Source: Bacillota bacterium (GTDB lineage: Bacteria; Bacillota; Sulfobacillia; JAJYWN01; JAJZPE01). From it: 61,124 nt of DNA. The translations under genes and the position numbers were made by a program. Numbering within the stretch: the first letter of the stretch is position 1; each line of letters opens with the position of its first letter. Positions 1-7,776 of the stretch are shown in pieces. Where the stretch lies: assembly GCA_036504675.1 (NCBI GenBank), contig DASXUT010000144.1, forward strand, positions 1-61,124, written 5' to 3'. A model generated the notes under the pieces. It saw nothing but the letters and a program-made list of their open reading frames with translations. It made no database searches and had not been told where the DNA came from.

Positions 1-358
1 CCTCGGCCCGACCTACCCTGGCCACCCGGTCCCCGTGAACCTGCTGGGCGGCGACCACCGACTCAACCCCGAGCCCCACCGCCGACAGGGCCCGCCGGCG
101 GTTCTCGAGGACGTCCGCGGGGTCATCGCCGACGGCCAGACCCAAGTTGCATTGGGCGAAGTCGCCCTGGCTGACCCCGCCCCGCCTGGTGGTGAAAGCG
201 GCCACCACCGGGGCCGACCGCTCGAGAAAGCTGATCCTGTAGTTCAGGCCGGCCGGGTCGAGGACGACATCCCCGCCACCGTCGGTCGCTTTTGTGAAGA
301 ATCGGATTTGACATTCCCCCGGAGCGTCGGTACCCTGAAAGCGGGAGGGTTGGACCAT
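1..358 (-). CDS. pgeF: PgeF/YfiH (YlmD, DUF152) family protein, N-terminal part; the gene runs off the left window edge
   Basis: My own translation of the minus strand from the ATG at 358-356 gives MVQPSRFQ...VVAAFTTRRGGVSQGDFAQCNLGLAVGDDPADVLENRRRALSAVGL...QQVHGDRV. This carries the family motifs FTTR-GG-S, NLG, NR and Q-HG. It is absent from the ORF track because the window truncates it. There is no clear SD, so the start is uncertain. Confidence 0.65.
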   Translation of the reverse strand, partial: MVQPSRFQGTDAPGECQIRFFTKATDGGGDVVLDPAGLNYRISFLERSAPVVAAFTTRRGGVSQGDFAQCNLGLAVGDDPADVLENRRRALSAVGLGVESVVAAQQVHGDRVARVGRAE

Positions 359-770
359 GACTACCGGCGGTCAGCCGGCTGTCCCCGCCGGTGAGGACTC
401 CACGGCCAGGACCTACGAGGTTGAACTGGCCCGCCTGTCACAGTTGCTGTCGGTCCCGTCGGTCGGGCCGGAGCGGGTGATGCCTTTCATCATCCGCATC
501 CAGGAGCGGCTCCGCCTGGCTCTCGAGATCCTCCAGGCCAACCCGCTCAGCCGCCTCCACTGGACAATCAGGGGCATCGATACCCTCCTGACCGCTAACG
601 GGTCGGATGCCCGCCACCGACCCTTCGCCCTTCTTCGTCACGACCAGTTTTCCTGCCATCGCCCCGGCCCATCCCGGCCGGGGCGAGGTTTCTTGCCCCG
701 TCGCCGAATCCGGCCCCCGGACTGGCCGAGGCGCCGGTCCTTGACGGCCGGCGCCCCGCGGCGGACTTGA
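357..770 (+). CDS. Hypothetical protein (137 aa) with an Arg/Pro-rich C-terminal tail
   Basis: Track ORF. A strong SD (gggaggg) lies 7-8 nt upstream of the ATG. Third-position GC is about 80 percent over the first ~100 codons. I recognise no motif. The start codon overlaps the pgeF ATG head-to-head. An alternative start is the ATG at 480. Confidence 0.35.
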   Translation: MTTGGQPAVPAGEDSTARTYEVELARLSQLLSVPSVGPERVMPFIIRIQERLRLALEILQANPLSRLHWTIRGIDTLLTANGSDARHRPFALLRHDQFSCHRPGPSRPGRGFLPRRRIRPPDWPRRRSLTAGAPRRT

Positions 771-774
771 TCGG

Positions 775-3033
775 TCAACCGCACTTCGAATAGCCGCAAG
801 TCGTGCAGTGCCAACAACCGCTTTCGTGGACCATGATCCCTCCGCACCCTTTCTCGGGGCAGACGATGGCCGACCGCGGGCCACCGAAGACATTCAGGTC
901 GAACTTGTTGGTCCCGTTGGCGAACTTCTCGATGGCCTTGCCGATGGCGTCGGGGCAAGACAGGACGCGGGTGTCGGCATCGATGATACAACCCACACAC
1001 TTGATCCCGCGCAACTGGTCGACGATGGGGTCGATGTCGACACCGGCCCGAAGGGCGATGCTGATCAGCCGGGCGACGGCCTGGGACAAGGACTCGCACC
1101 CCTCCTCGCCGGTGTTGGTGAAGACCTCGCAAATTCCGTTCTCATCGGCGTTTACCGTAACGAAGAGGTGGCCGCAGCCGCCGATCTTGAACTCGCGCGT
1201 GATCCCGTGAGTCTCCTCTGGCCGGGGTCGCGGGCGTGGGGTCACCGGCGGATGGAGCGCGACCGCCGGGGCGGCGCCGGCCCTGGCCGCGGCCGCCTCG
1301 GCTTCCGACCCGGCTTCCTTGGCCCTGGTGCCGGTGGTCAGGACCTGAGCTTCGCGGCTGCCGTCGCGGTAGATGGTTACGCCCTTGCAGCCCATCTCGT
1401 AGGCCAGCTCGAAGACCCGGGCGACGTCCTCCTTGACGGCCGAGTTCGCGAAGTTCACCGTCTTCGAGACGGCGTTGTCGGTGAACTCCTGGAAGGCCGC
1501 CTGGATGGCGATGTGGGCTTCCGGGGTGACATCATGGGCAGTGACGAAGACCCGCTGGACGTCCTCGGGGATCTCCTTCATCCCGTGAACCGTTCCGGCC
1601 TCGGCGATGCGCTGCATCAGGTCGTCGCTGTAGAAGCCCCGTTCCCTGGCGACCTTCTCAAAGAGCGGATTTACCTCCACCAGCTTGGTCTGGTCGAGGA
1701 CGTTGCGCACATACGAAAGGGCGAAGACGGGCTCGATGCCGCTCGAGCAACCGGCGATCATGCTGATCGTCCCGGTCGGGGCGATGGTCGTCGTCGTCGC
1801 GTTGCGGATCGGCCGGTCGCCCTGGAACGTGCTGCGCTGGAAGTTCGGGAAGGCCCCGCGTTTCGCGGCCAGTTCCCGCGAGGCCTCACGGGCCTGGTCG
1901 CGGATGAAGGACATCAGCTTCCTGGCCAGATCGGCGGCTTCATTGGAGCTGTAGGGGACACCCATCAGGATGAGCAGGTCGGCGAAGCCCATCACCCCGA
2001 GGCCGATCTTCCGATTGCCCTTGACCGTCTGTTCGATCTCGACGAGGGGATACTTGCCGGCGTCGATGACGTTGTCGAGGAAGTGGACCGCCTTGGCGAC
2101 AAGGTCGCCGAGCCTGTCCCAATCGACCTCCGGGCGAGGCCCGCGGCGGACCACCAAGCGGGCCAAGTTGATGGAGCCGAGGTTGCACGCTTCGTATGGC
2201 AGGAGCGGCTGCTCCCCGCAGGGGTTCGTGCTCTCGATCTCGCCGAGCTCCGGCGTGGGGTTGTCGCGGTTCAGCCGATCGAGGAAGACGATCCCCGGCT
2301 CGCCGTTCTTCCAGGCCATCTCGACCATCAGGTTCATGATCTCCCGGGCCTTGAGCGTCTTTGTGGCCTCACCGTTGCGGGGGTTGATCAAGGAGAAGTC
2401 CCCGTCGGCCTTGACCGCCTGCATGAAGGCTTCGGTGATGCCCACGGAGAGGTTGAAGTTGGTGATGTCGGCGTTGTTCTGCTTGGCCTGGATAAACTCG
2501 AGGATGTCCGGATGGTCCACCCGGAGGATGCCCATGTTCGCTCCGCGCCGGGTCCCGCCTTGCTTAACGGCCTCGGTGGCGGCGTTGAAGACGCGCATGA
2601 AGGAGACCGGCCCGGAGGCCACCCCGCCGGTCGAGAGAACCTCGTCGTTCTTCGGGCGGAGGCGCGAGAAGGCGAAGCCGGTGCCACCGCCCGACTTGTG
2701 GATCAGGGCGGCGTGCTTGAGGGAGTCGAAGATGGACTCCATCGAGTCACGGACGGGTAGGACAAAACAGGCCGCCAGTTGCTGCAGCTCCCGACCGGCG
2801 TTCATCAACGTCGGGGAGTTGGGCATGAAGTCGAGGTCGGTCATCATCTGATAGAACTCATCGGCCAGCTTTTTCACCGAGCCGGAAGCAACGCCATAGA
2901 TCTCGCCATCGACCGCGGCGATGTTCTCGGCCACCCGCCTGAACATGTCCTCGGCCGTCTCCACCACTCGCCCGTCGACCTTCTTCAGGTACCTCTTCTT
3001 CAGCACCGTCATGGCGTTCTCCGACAGGTTCAC
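775..3033 (-). CDS. nrdJ: Class II (adenosylcobalamin-dependent) ribonucleotide reductase
   Basis: The track ORF 775..3339 was trimmed to the GTG at 3033 (VNLSENAMTVLKKRYLKK, a typical NrdJ N-terminus; alternative ATG at 3012). It has the NPCGEQPL active-site region and a Cys-rich C-terminal tail (CPEKGCGG...CWHCTTCGYSKCG). The upstream part of the ORF overlaps nrdR and is not coding. Confidence 0.9.
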   Translation of the reverse strand: MNLSENAMTVLKKRYLKKVDGRVVETAEDMFRRVAENIAAVDGEIYGVASGSVKKLADEFYQMMTDLDFMPNSPTLMNAGRELQQLAACFVLPVRDSMESIFDSLKHAALIHKSGGGTGFAFSRLRPKNDEVLSTGGVASGPVSFMRVFNAATEAVKQGGTRRGANMGILRVDHPDILEFIQAKQNNADITNFNLSVGITEAFMQAVKADGDFSLINPRNGEATKTLKAREIMNLMVEMAWKNGEPGIVFLDRLNRDNPTPELGEIESTNPCGEQPLLPYEACNLGSINLARLVVRRGPRPEVDWDRLGDLVAKAVHFLDNVIDAGKYPLVEIEQTVKGNRKIGLGVMGFADLLILMGVPYSSNEAADLARKLMSFIRDQAREASRELAAKRGAFPNFQRSTFQGDRPIRNATTTTIAPTGTISMIAGCSSGIEPVFALSYVRNVLDQTKLVEVNPLFEKVARERGFYSDDLMQRIAEAGTVHGMKEIPEDVQRVFVTAHDVTPEAHIAIQAAFQEFTDNAVSKTVNFANSAVKEDVARVFELAYEMGCKGVTIYRDGSREAQVLTTGTRAKEAGSEAEAAAARAGAAPAVALHPPVTPRPRPRPEETHGITREFKIGGCGHLFVTVNADENGICEVFTNTGEEGCESLSQAVARLISIALRAGVDIDPIVDQLRGIKCVGCIIDADTRVLSCPDAIGKAIEKFANGTNKFDLNVFGGPRSAIVCPEKGCGGIMVHESGCWHCTTCGYSKCG

Positions 3034-3152
3034 CCTCGTGTCCCCCCGAGCCTCTTGGTTTGATCTTACTGTCTCTAATGGTTGATGAGCCGTCGCCGCC
3101 GGATGGTCGGAACGAAAAGCGCCGCCGGCCGCCGGCACGTCCCCCTTGGTAC

Positions 3153-3164
3153 GGGGGGGGGGGG
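3153..3164. repeat. G12 homopolymer (C12 in the nrdR-nrdJ transcript) inside a GC-rich hairpin followed by CUUUUCGUU
   Basis: Read directly: acg-g(12)-ccggcg. On the minus strand cgccggcc pairs with ggccggcg and C5 pairs with G5, and the hairpin is followed by a U-rich run. This looks like an attenuator or terminator between nrdR and nrdJ. Confidence 0.5.
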
Positions 3165-3172
3165 CCGGCGAC

Positions 3173-3640
3173 TTACGAGCGCTTTTGAACCAGGGTCTCC
3201 AGTTGCTCCAGGAACCGGTTGATGTCGTTGATGTCCTTGAACGAACGGTAAACCGAGGCGAACCGGACGTAGGCCACCTCGTCCAGCTGTCGCAACCCTT
3301 CCATGGCCAGTTCGCCAATGTCCCGGCTGTCCACCTCATTGGCCGAGCGGTTGCGGATCTGCCGCTCGATGTCAGCGACCAGGGCTTCCAGCTTGGCCAG
3401 GGGAATGGGGCGCTTCTCGCCTGCCCTGAGCAGCCCGTTGAGGAGTTTCACCCGGTCGAAGGACTCCCGGCGGCCGTCCTTCTTGATGACCACCAGGGGC
3501 AGTTCTTCGACCTTCTCGTAGGTAGTGAAACGCCGACCGCAGGCCAGACATTCGCGACGCCGGCGAATGGCCGCGCCTTCCTCGGTCGGCCGGGAGTCCA
3601 ACACCTTGCTTTCCGGTTCTCCGCAGTACGGACAGCGCAT
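3173..3640 (-). CDS. nrdR: Transcriptional repressor NrdR (zinc ribbon plus ATP-cone)
   Basis: The track ORF was trimmed to the ATG at 3640: [22 protein letters not shown]...[12 protein letters not shown], then the ATP-cone [16 protein letters not shown]. Confidence 0.92.
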   Translation of the reverse strand: MRCPYCGEPESKVLDSRPTEEGAAIRRRRECLACGRRFTTYEKVEELPLVVIKKDGRRESFDRVKLLNGLLRAGEKRPIPLAKLEALVADIERQIRNRSANEVDSRDIGELAMEGLRQLDEVAYVRFASVYRSFKDINDINRFLEQLETLVQKRS

Positions 3641-3713
3641 GGAGTCGCTCCCTCGAAAGGCCTGGTCGGATGGCCGAACCTCTGTTCGTCCACGACATTT
3701 GGGCGGCGACTCC

Positions 3714-3742
3714 ATTATATCCCACTAGGTATAGTGTGTCTA
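3714..3742 (-). promoter_or_regulatory. Sigma-A-type promoter (TAGACA-17-TATAAT) with an NrdR box in the spacer
   Basis: Minus strand: tagaca (3742-3737), 17 nt spacer, tataat (3719-3714). The 16-mer ccactaggtatagtgt (3722-3737) matches the NrdR-box palindrome acaCwAtATaTwGtgt at 13 of 16 positions. It lies about 80 nt upstream of the nrdR ATG. Confidence 0.55.
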
Positions 3743-3938
3743 GAAGTTTTCACGGCTTGCCACACGCTGCCTGTTGTCCCGGTAAACCTCGCCCAATCTA
3801 GCACAAGTCACCATGCGCAGGGTCCTCATCCTCTCAAGCATGGCCTGAATAGCTGTGGATTGTTTGTTGGAATAATAGACTCAGCCACTATTTCCGATAT
3901 TCCTAGTGATCCAAGCCTTATGTTTGGGGTGGAGGGTA

Positions 3939-3967
3939 TTGCCACAAAGGGAATCAAGTTATAGAAT
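3939..3967 (+). promoter_or_regulatory. Sigma-A-type promoter for the antitoxin/doc operon (TTGCCA-17-TAGAAT)
   Basis: ttgcca 3939-3944, 17 nt spacer, tagaat 3962-3967. It sits about 35 nt upstream of the ATG at 4002. Confidence 0.5.
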
Positions 3968-4001
3968 TAGGGGAAGAAAGACTGTGGAGGGTGGAGTCAA
4001 G

Positions 4002-4178
4002 ATGACTGAGGCAGAAATGCTTAGGAAGATAAGGTCCGTAGAGATTCCGCCTCATCAACTCTTGGCGCTTGGCCTTGACAGAGACTGGTCTAGGAAGATA
4101 AGGCCGGGGTTCATAGGCAGAGTCTTGACGACAGCAGAGAAGTATAGCCATGTACTGAAGGAGCTCTCGAAAAGATAA
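4002..4178 (+). CDS. Putative antitoxin partner of Doc (58 aa, family not recognised)
   Basis: An internal ATG of track ORF 3906..4178 is preceded by ggagggtggag. The stop lies 5 nt before the doc start. The sequence MTEAEMLRKIRSVEIPPHQLL... does not resemble Phd/YefM by eye. Confidence 0.5.
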   Translation: MTEAEMLRKIRSVEIPPHQLLALGLDRDWSRKIRPGFIGRVLTTAEKYSHVLKELSKR

Positions 4179-4183
4179 GAAGA

Positions 4184-4651
4184 GTGCATTATGTATCGGA
4201 AACTGAAGTCCTAGCAGTTCACTTTGTGGTTGTGGACAAGCACTTCAGTGATCTAGCCACGGATGCAGACCAAAGGGGCGTTCAGAACCCTTCCGGTCTG
4301 CTTTCTGCTGTCTACGCCCCCCGGCAGACTTTCGATAAGAAAGATCTCTTTGAATCCACACTGCTGAAAGCAGCAGCGCTAATGAGATCCTTAGTCGAGA
4401 ACCATCCATTCATCAACGGAAACAAGAGGACAGCTGTGATTTCGACCATAATCTTCCTTCAGGATAACGGGTATGATCTCACAGTCGAAGATAGGAAGCT
4501 CCTTCGCCTGGCAAAAGGAGTCGCGCTTGGCATGTCAATCGAACGCATTCAGCGTTGGCTGAAGAAATACACGTGTCAAGGGCCGGGACATCACGGACTG
4601 CGCCGAACCTATTCTTCACAAATCATCAACTGGATCAGAAGCGTGCGGTAA
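4184..4651 (+). CDS. doc: Doc (death-on-curing) / Fic-fold toxin
   Basis: HPFINGNKRTA matches the Doc variant of the Fic motif, HxFx(D/N)(A/G)NKR. GTG start. The gene lies in a ~1 kb low-GC segment. Confidence 0.8.
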   Translation: MHYVSETEVLAVHFVVVDKHFSDLATDADQRGVQNPSGLLSAVYAPRQTFDKKDLFESTLLKAAALMRSLVENHPFINGNKRTAVISTIIFLQDNGYDLTVEDRKLLRLAKGVALGMSIERIQRWLKKYTCQGPGHHGLRRTYSSQIINWIRSVR

Positions 4652-4720
4652 CGGGTTGAATGTTAATGCTGCCCACTCAAGAATGCTACGGCCACATTTT
4701 TTCTCTCGATCAGAAGGATT

Positions 4721-4814
4721 TAGGGCCCGAAGCGTCGAACTGTGCCCCTGTCACAGGTGCTCCGGCGCGACCTAAGGTATCGAAGAGGGGCACAGTTCGA
4801 CGCTTCGGGCCCTA
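4721..4814. repeat. Perfect 29-nt inverted repeat with a 36-nt loop
   Basis: 4721-4749 tagggcccgaagcgtcgaactgtgcccct is the exact reverse complement of 4786-4814. It sits at the right edge of the low-GC island. Confidence 0.9.
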
Positions 4815-4816
4815 CC

Positions 4817-4841
4817 CCCGACTGCTCAGGGTCGGGTTTTT
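4817..4841 (+). terminator. Intrinsic terminator for the plus-strand doc operon
   Basis: cccgac / gtcggg stem with an 8-nt loop, followed by ttttt. Confidence 0.5.
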
Positions 4842-4846
4842 GATTT

Positions 4847-5113
4847 CTATCGAAGCCTTGGACTCCTTCCAGCCCCCGCCTGCGCCGGTAGGTCCACCAG
4901 AATCACATCGACGCCGATCTTGACCACTTTCTCCCACGGGATGACGCAGTCGTCGTCCCCGCCGAACAGCCCCAAGACCCGTCCCCGCCCCGGGACGACC
5001 AGGGCGGTCACCCGGCCGGACTCCAGGTCGACCTCGATATCCACGAGGCCGCCGAGCTTTCGGCCGTCGGCGATGTTGATGACCTCCCTGACCCTCAGGT
5101 CGGACTTCATCAT
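4847..5113 (-). CDS. ylmC: YlmC/YmxH family sporulation protein (PRC-barrel)
   Basis: MMKSDLRVREVINIADGRKLG...VIPWEKVVKIGVDVILV resembles B. subtilis YlmC. The ATG at 5113 is preceded by ggggggtga. Confidence 0.8.
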   Translation of the reverse strand: MMKSDLRVREVINIADGRKLGGLVDIEVDLESGRVTALVVPGRGRVLGLFGGDDDCVIPWEKVVKIGVDVILVDLPAQAGAGRSPRLR

Positions 5114-5192
5114 CGCACTCACCCCCCGCAACAATATATGTGGCGGTAGCCGATGGCGGCGGGTCGGGCCAAAATGGATTCGCCATCGGCGC

Positions 5193-5224
5193 GGAAAAGC
5201 CTCCCCCGGCGTCGGGGGAGGCTT
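5193..5224 (-). terminator. Intrinsic terminator after spoIIR
   Basis: aagcctccccc / gggggaggctt stem followed by a U-run on the minus strand. Confidence 0.6.
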
Positions 5225-5279
5225 GATGATCGGGATTCAGCTCGACCCCGCGGGCGGGTCGCCCCGCTTGTGACCGCGG

Positions 5280-6089
5280 TCAGGGGTACGGGATCGGCCC
5301 TGACGATCCGACCAGGCGAGCCAGGAGGACCCGGGCGCCCATCCGGGCGGCCTTGGCCCATTCTAGGACTTTCCAGCGGAGCTCCACCGGCAGCTTCTCG
5401 GGGTCGGCGGCCTCGGCCAGCACGGCCACCTCGCCTGGGGAGAAGGGCTCGAGCCGGAAGGTCGGTACGGCGGCCGCGCCGACCGCGGCCCCCGGGGTCG
5501 CCCGGTCGACCCTGGCCGCCAGGTCATTCAGGCAGAGCGGCGGGAAGAGGACGCACCACCAGTTTTGTCCCTCGCCGCGGCCGATGGCCACCTGTAGAGA
5601 CGAGTAGAACCCGGCCGGGACGACCACGGCGCCGTAGGTGCGGGTCGGAAAGAGGCTGGTCCCGACGGTAGCCCTGACGCCGTAGGCCGGCCCGTGCTCG
5701 GCCGCCGCCTTGGCCACCACCGCCTCGATCTCCACCAGGTGCTCGCGGGCGAAAGCCTCCGCCGCTTGGGCGTCGGCCAGGCGGGCCATGGCCGGCCCGA
5801 AGGCCTCCATGATGGCGTCCCTGGCCTTCAGTTTCTGGACCTGGTCGGCGGGGTCGTCGCTGTTCGCCCTTACGTGCAGGCGGAACAGGTTGTAGTGGTT
5901 GTAGGCCACCTGGTTCCGTCCGGACCAGCCGCCCTGGAGGATCACCAAGAGCAGGGCGATGAGGCTCAGGACGGCGGCCACGCGGGCCAGGTCGCGCCGG
6001 GTCGGTCTGGGGACGGGCAGTCGGGGCAACAGCAGCCAGGCGGCCCGTTCGGGCCCGGGCTTGGAGCCGGGTACATGGTCGTCAGGCAA
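5280..6089 (-). CDS. spoIIR: Stage II sporulation protein R
   Basis: FRLHVRANSDDPADQ...KL.ARD and GQNWWCVLFPPLCL are SpoIIR signatures. An N-terminal TM helix is present. Confidence 0.85.
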   Translation of the reverse strand: MPDDHVPGSKPGPERAAWLLLPRLPVPRPTRRDLARVAAVLSLIALLLVILQGGWSGRNQVAYNHYNLFRLHVRANSDDPADQVQKLKARDAIMEAFGPAMARLADAQAAEAFAREHLVEIEAVVAKAAAEHGPAYGVRATVGTSLFPTRTYGAVVVPAGFYSSLQVAIGRGEGQNWWCVLFPPLCLNDLAARVDRATPGAAVGAAAVPTFRLEPFSPGEVAVLAEAADPEKLPVELRWKVLEWAKAARMGARVLLARLVGSSGPIPYP

Positions 6090-6104
6090 GGCACCAAACC
6101 TCCG

Positions 6105-6878
6105 TCAGATATGCTTGCGCATGTGGTTGAGGGCGGCCTTCTCCAGCCGGGAGACCTGGGCCTGGGAGATGCCGATCTCCTCGGCCACCTCCATCTGGGT
6201 CTTACCCTCGAAGAAGCGCTTGGAGAGGATCAGCTTCTCGCGGTCGGACAGCTTGCGCAGGGCTTCCCGGATGGCGATCCCCTCAAGCCAGTTGTGGTCT
6301 TGGTTCTTCTCGTCACTGATCTGGTCCATGACGTAGATCGGGTCACCGCCGTCGTGGTAGATCGGGTCGAACAGGGAGATCGGTTCCTGGATGGCGTCCA
6401 GGGCGAAGACGATCTCCTCGCGGGGGATCTTCAATTCCTTGGCGATCTCGGTGATCGACGGCTCCCGCGAGAACTTGTTAACCAGGCTGTCCCGGACCTG
6501 GAGGGCTTTGTAGGCGATGTCCCGCAAGGACCGGCTGACCCGGATCGGGTTGTTGTCCCTCAGGTAGCGGCGAATCTCGCCGATGATCATGGGTACGGCG
6601 TAGGTCGAGAACTTGACGTTCTGCCCGAGGTCGAAGTTGTCAATCGCCTTCATCAGGCCGATGCAGCCGACTTGGAAGAGGTCGTCGACATACTCGCCTC
6701 GGTTGTTGAACCGTTGGATGACCGATAGGACCAGCCTCAGGTTGCCGTTGATCAGCTGCTGCCGCGCGTCGGGGTTCCCGCTCCGCATCCGCTGGAAGAG
6801 TTCACGCATGTTGGTCGAAGTCAGGACGGACAGCTTCGAGGTGTTGACCCCGCAGATTTCGACCTTGTTGACCAGCAA
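6105..6878 (-). CDS. sigG: Sporulation sigma factor G
   Basis: Near-identical blocks to B. subtilis SigG (NGNLRLVLSVIQRFNNRGEYVDDLFQVGCIGLMKAIDNFDL, GDPIYVMDQISDE, TQMEVAEEIGISQAQVSRLEK). The start was moved to the TTG at 6878, giving LLVNKVEICGV and 258 aa. Confidence 0.93.
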   Translation of the reverse strand: MLVNKVEICGVNTSKLSVLTSTNMRELFQRMRSGNPDARQQLINGNLRLVLSVIQRFNNRGEYVDDLFQVGCIGLMKAIDNFDLGQNVKFSTYAVPMIIGEIRRYLRDNNPIRVSRSLRDIAYKALQVRDSLVNKFSREPSITEIAKELKIPREEIVFALDAIQEPISLFDPIYHDGGDPIYVMDQISDEKNQDHNWLEGIAIREALRKLSDREKLILSKRFFEGKTQMEVAEEIGISQAQVSRLEKAALNHMRKHI

Positions 6879-6972
6879 GTACGCCCACCCCGCGGTTTTC
6901 CAGATTCTTACTGAGCACTCTAGATTATGCCCTGGGCTGGGCGACTTTATTCTGGGCCGGTAGGAACTTACC

Positions 6973-7010
6973 AAGAAAACCCAGGGCCCGACCGCATGGC
7001 GGCCGGGCCC
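6973..7010 (-). terminator. Hairpin plus U-run between sigE and sigG
   Basis: gggcccg..cgggccc stem (6984-7010) followed on the minus strand by tgggttttctt. Confidence 0.5.
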
Positions 7011-7042
7011 CGAGGGGTCACTCCTGGCTGGTCTTGGCTAGC

Positions 7043-7774
7043 TCACTCCATCTTCTTGATCTCCTTGCGCAGGCGCTTGATGATCCTCTTCTCCAGGCGC
7101 GAAATGTACGACTGGGAGATGCCCATCAGGTCGGCGACTTCCTTCTGGGTCCGTTCCCGGCCGTCCTTCAGGCCGAACCGGAGCTCGACGATGCGGCGCT
7201 CGCGGGCGGTCAGACGGCCGATGGCCCGCCGCAAGAGGAGCCGGTCAACCTCCTCTTCGAGGTTGCGGTAGTCGGCGCACTCAGACCCGTAGACGTCGGA
7301 CAGGAGGAGTTCGTTGCCGTCCCAATCGACGTTCAGGGGCTCGTCGAAGGAGATCTCCGAGCGGGTCCGGTTGTTCCGCCTCAGGTACATCAGGATCTCG
7401 TTCTCGATGCACTTGGAGGCGTACGTCGCCAGCTTGATCTTCTTCTCTGGGTCGAAGGTGTTGACCGCCTTGATCAGACCGATCGTCCCGATGGAGACGA
7501 GGTCCTCGATGCCGACCCCGGTGTTCTCGAACTTCTTGGCGATGTAGACCACCAGGCGCAGGTTGCGCTCAATGAGGATCCCCTTGACCGCCTGGTCACC
7601 GTGCTGGAGCCGGCCCAGCAGGAAGGACTCCTCGTCGGCTGAGAGGGGCGGCGGCAGGGCCTCGGTGGTCCCCGCCAGATGGACCCGGCCATGGACTGGA
7701 AGACCAACGGCCTCTCTGAGCCGGATCAGGTTGATGAGGGCTAGCCAGCGGAGCTTAGCGGCCAAGCCGAGCAC
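7043..7774 (-). CDS. sigE: Pro-sigma-E sporulation sigma factor
   Basis: [43 protein letters not shown] and [22 protein letters not shown] match B. subtilis SigE, including an N-terminal pro-sequence. The GTG start lies 3 nt after the spoIIGA stop. Confidence 0.93.
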   Translation of the reverse strand: MLGLAAKLRWLALINLIRLREAVGLPVHGRVHLAGTTEALPPPLSADEESFLLGRLQHGDQAVKGILIERNLRLVVYIAKKFENTGVGIEDLVSIGTIGLIKAVNTFDPEKKIKLATYASKCIENEILMYLRRNNRTRSEISFDEPLNVDWDGNELLLSDVYGSECADYRNLEEEVDRLLLRRAIGRLTARERRIVELRFGLKDGRERTQKEVADLMGISQSYISRLEKRIIKRLRKEIKKME

Positions 7775-7776
7775 GG

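Noticed and set aside
808-2760. A long plus-strand ORF (650 aa) opposite nrdJ. Similar long antisense ORFs occur at 5694-6728, 13759-14925, 16633-18411, 18644-19735, 40061-41401, 48983-50242 and 59451-60494.
   Set aside because: These are shadow ORFs typical of high-GC DNA. Their translations are Arg/Gly/Pro/Asp-rich low-complexity sequence. Each overlaps a minus-strand gene with unmistakable family motifs.
3034-3339. An upstream extension of the nrdJ ORF that overlaps nrdR.
   Set aside because: The extension translates to Pro/Arg/Ser-rich sequence, contains the C12 tract and overlaps the nrdR coding region. The conserved NrdJ N-terminus begins at 3033 or 3012.
4660-4923. An 87-aa plus-strand ORF downstream of doc.
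   Set aside because: It is made almost entirely of the 29-bp inverted repeat, the terminator and the antisense strand of ylmC. It has no SD.
6879-6972. A forespore (sigma-F/G) promoter for sigG: GCATA ... AGTAAGAATC on the minus strand.
   Set aside because: The resemblance to the sigma-F/G consensus is weak and my recollection of the spacing rules is not precise enough. It is plausible but unsupported.
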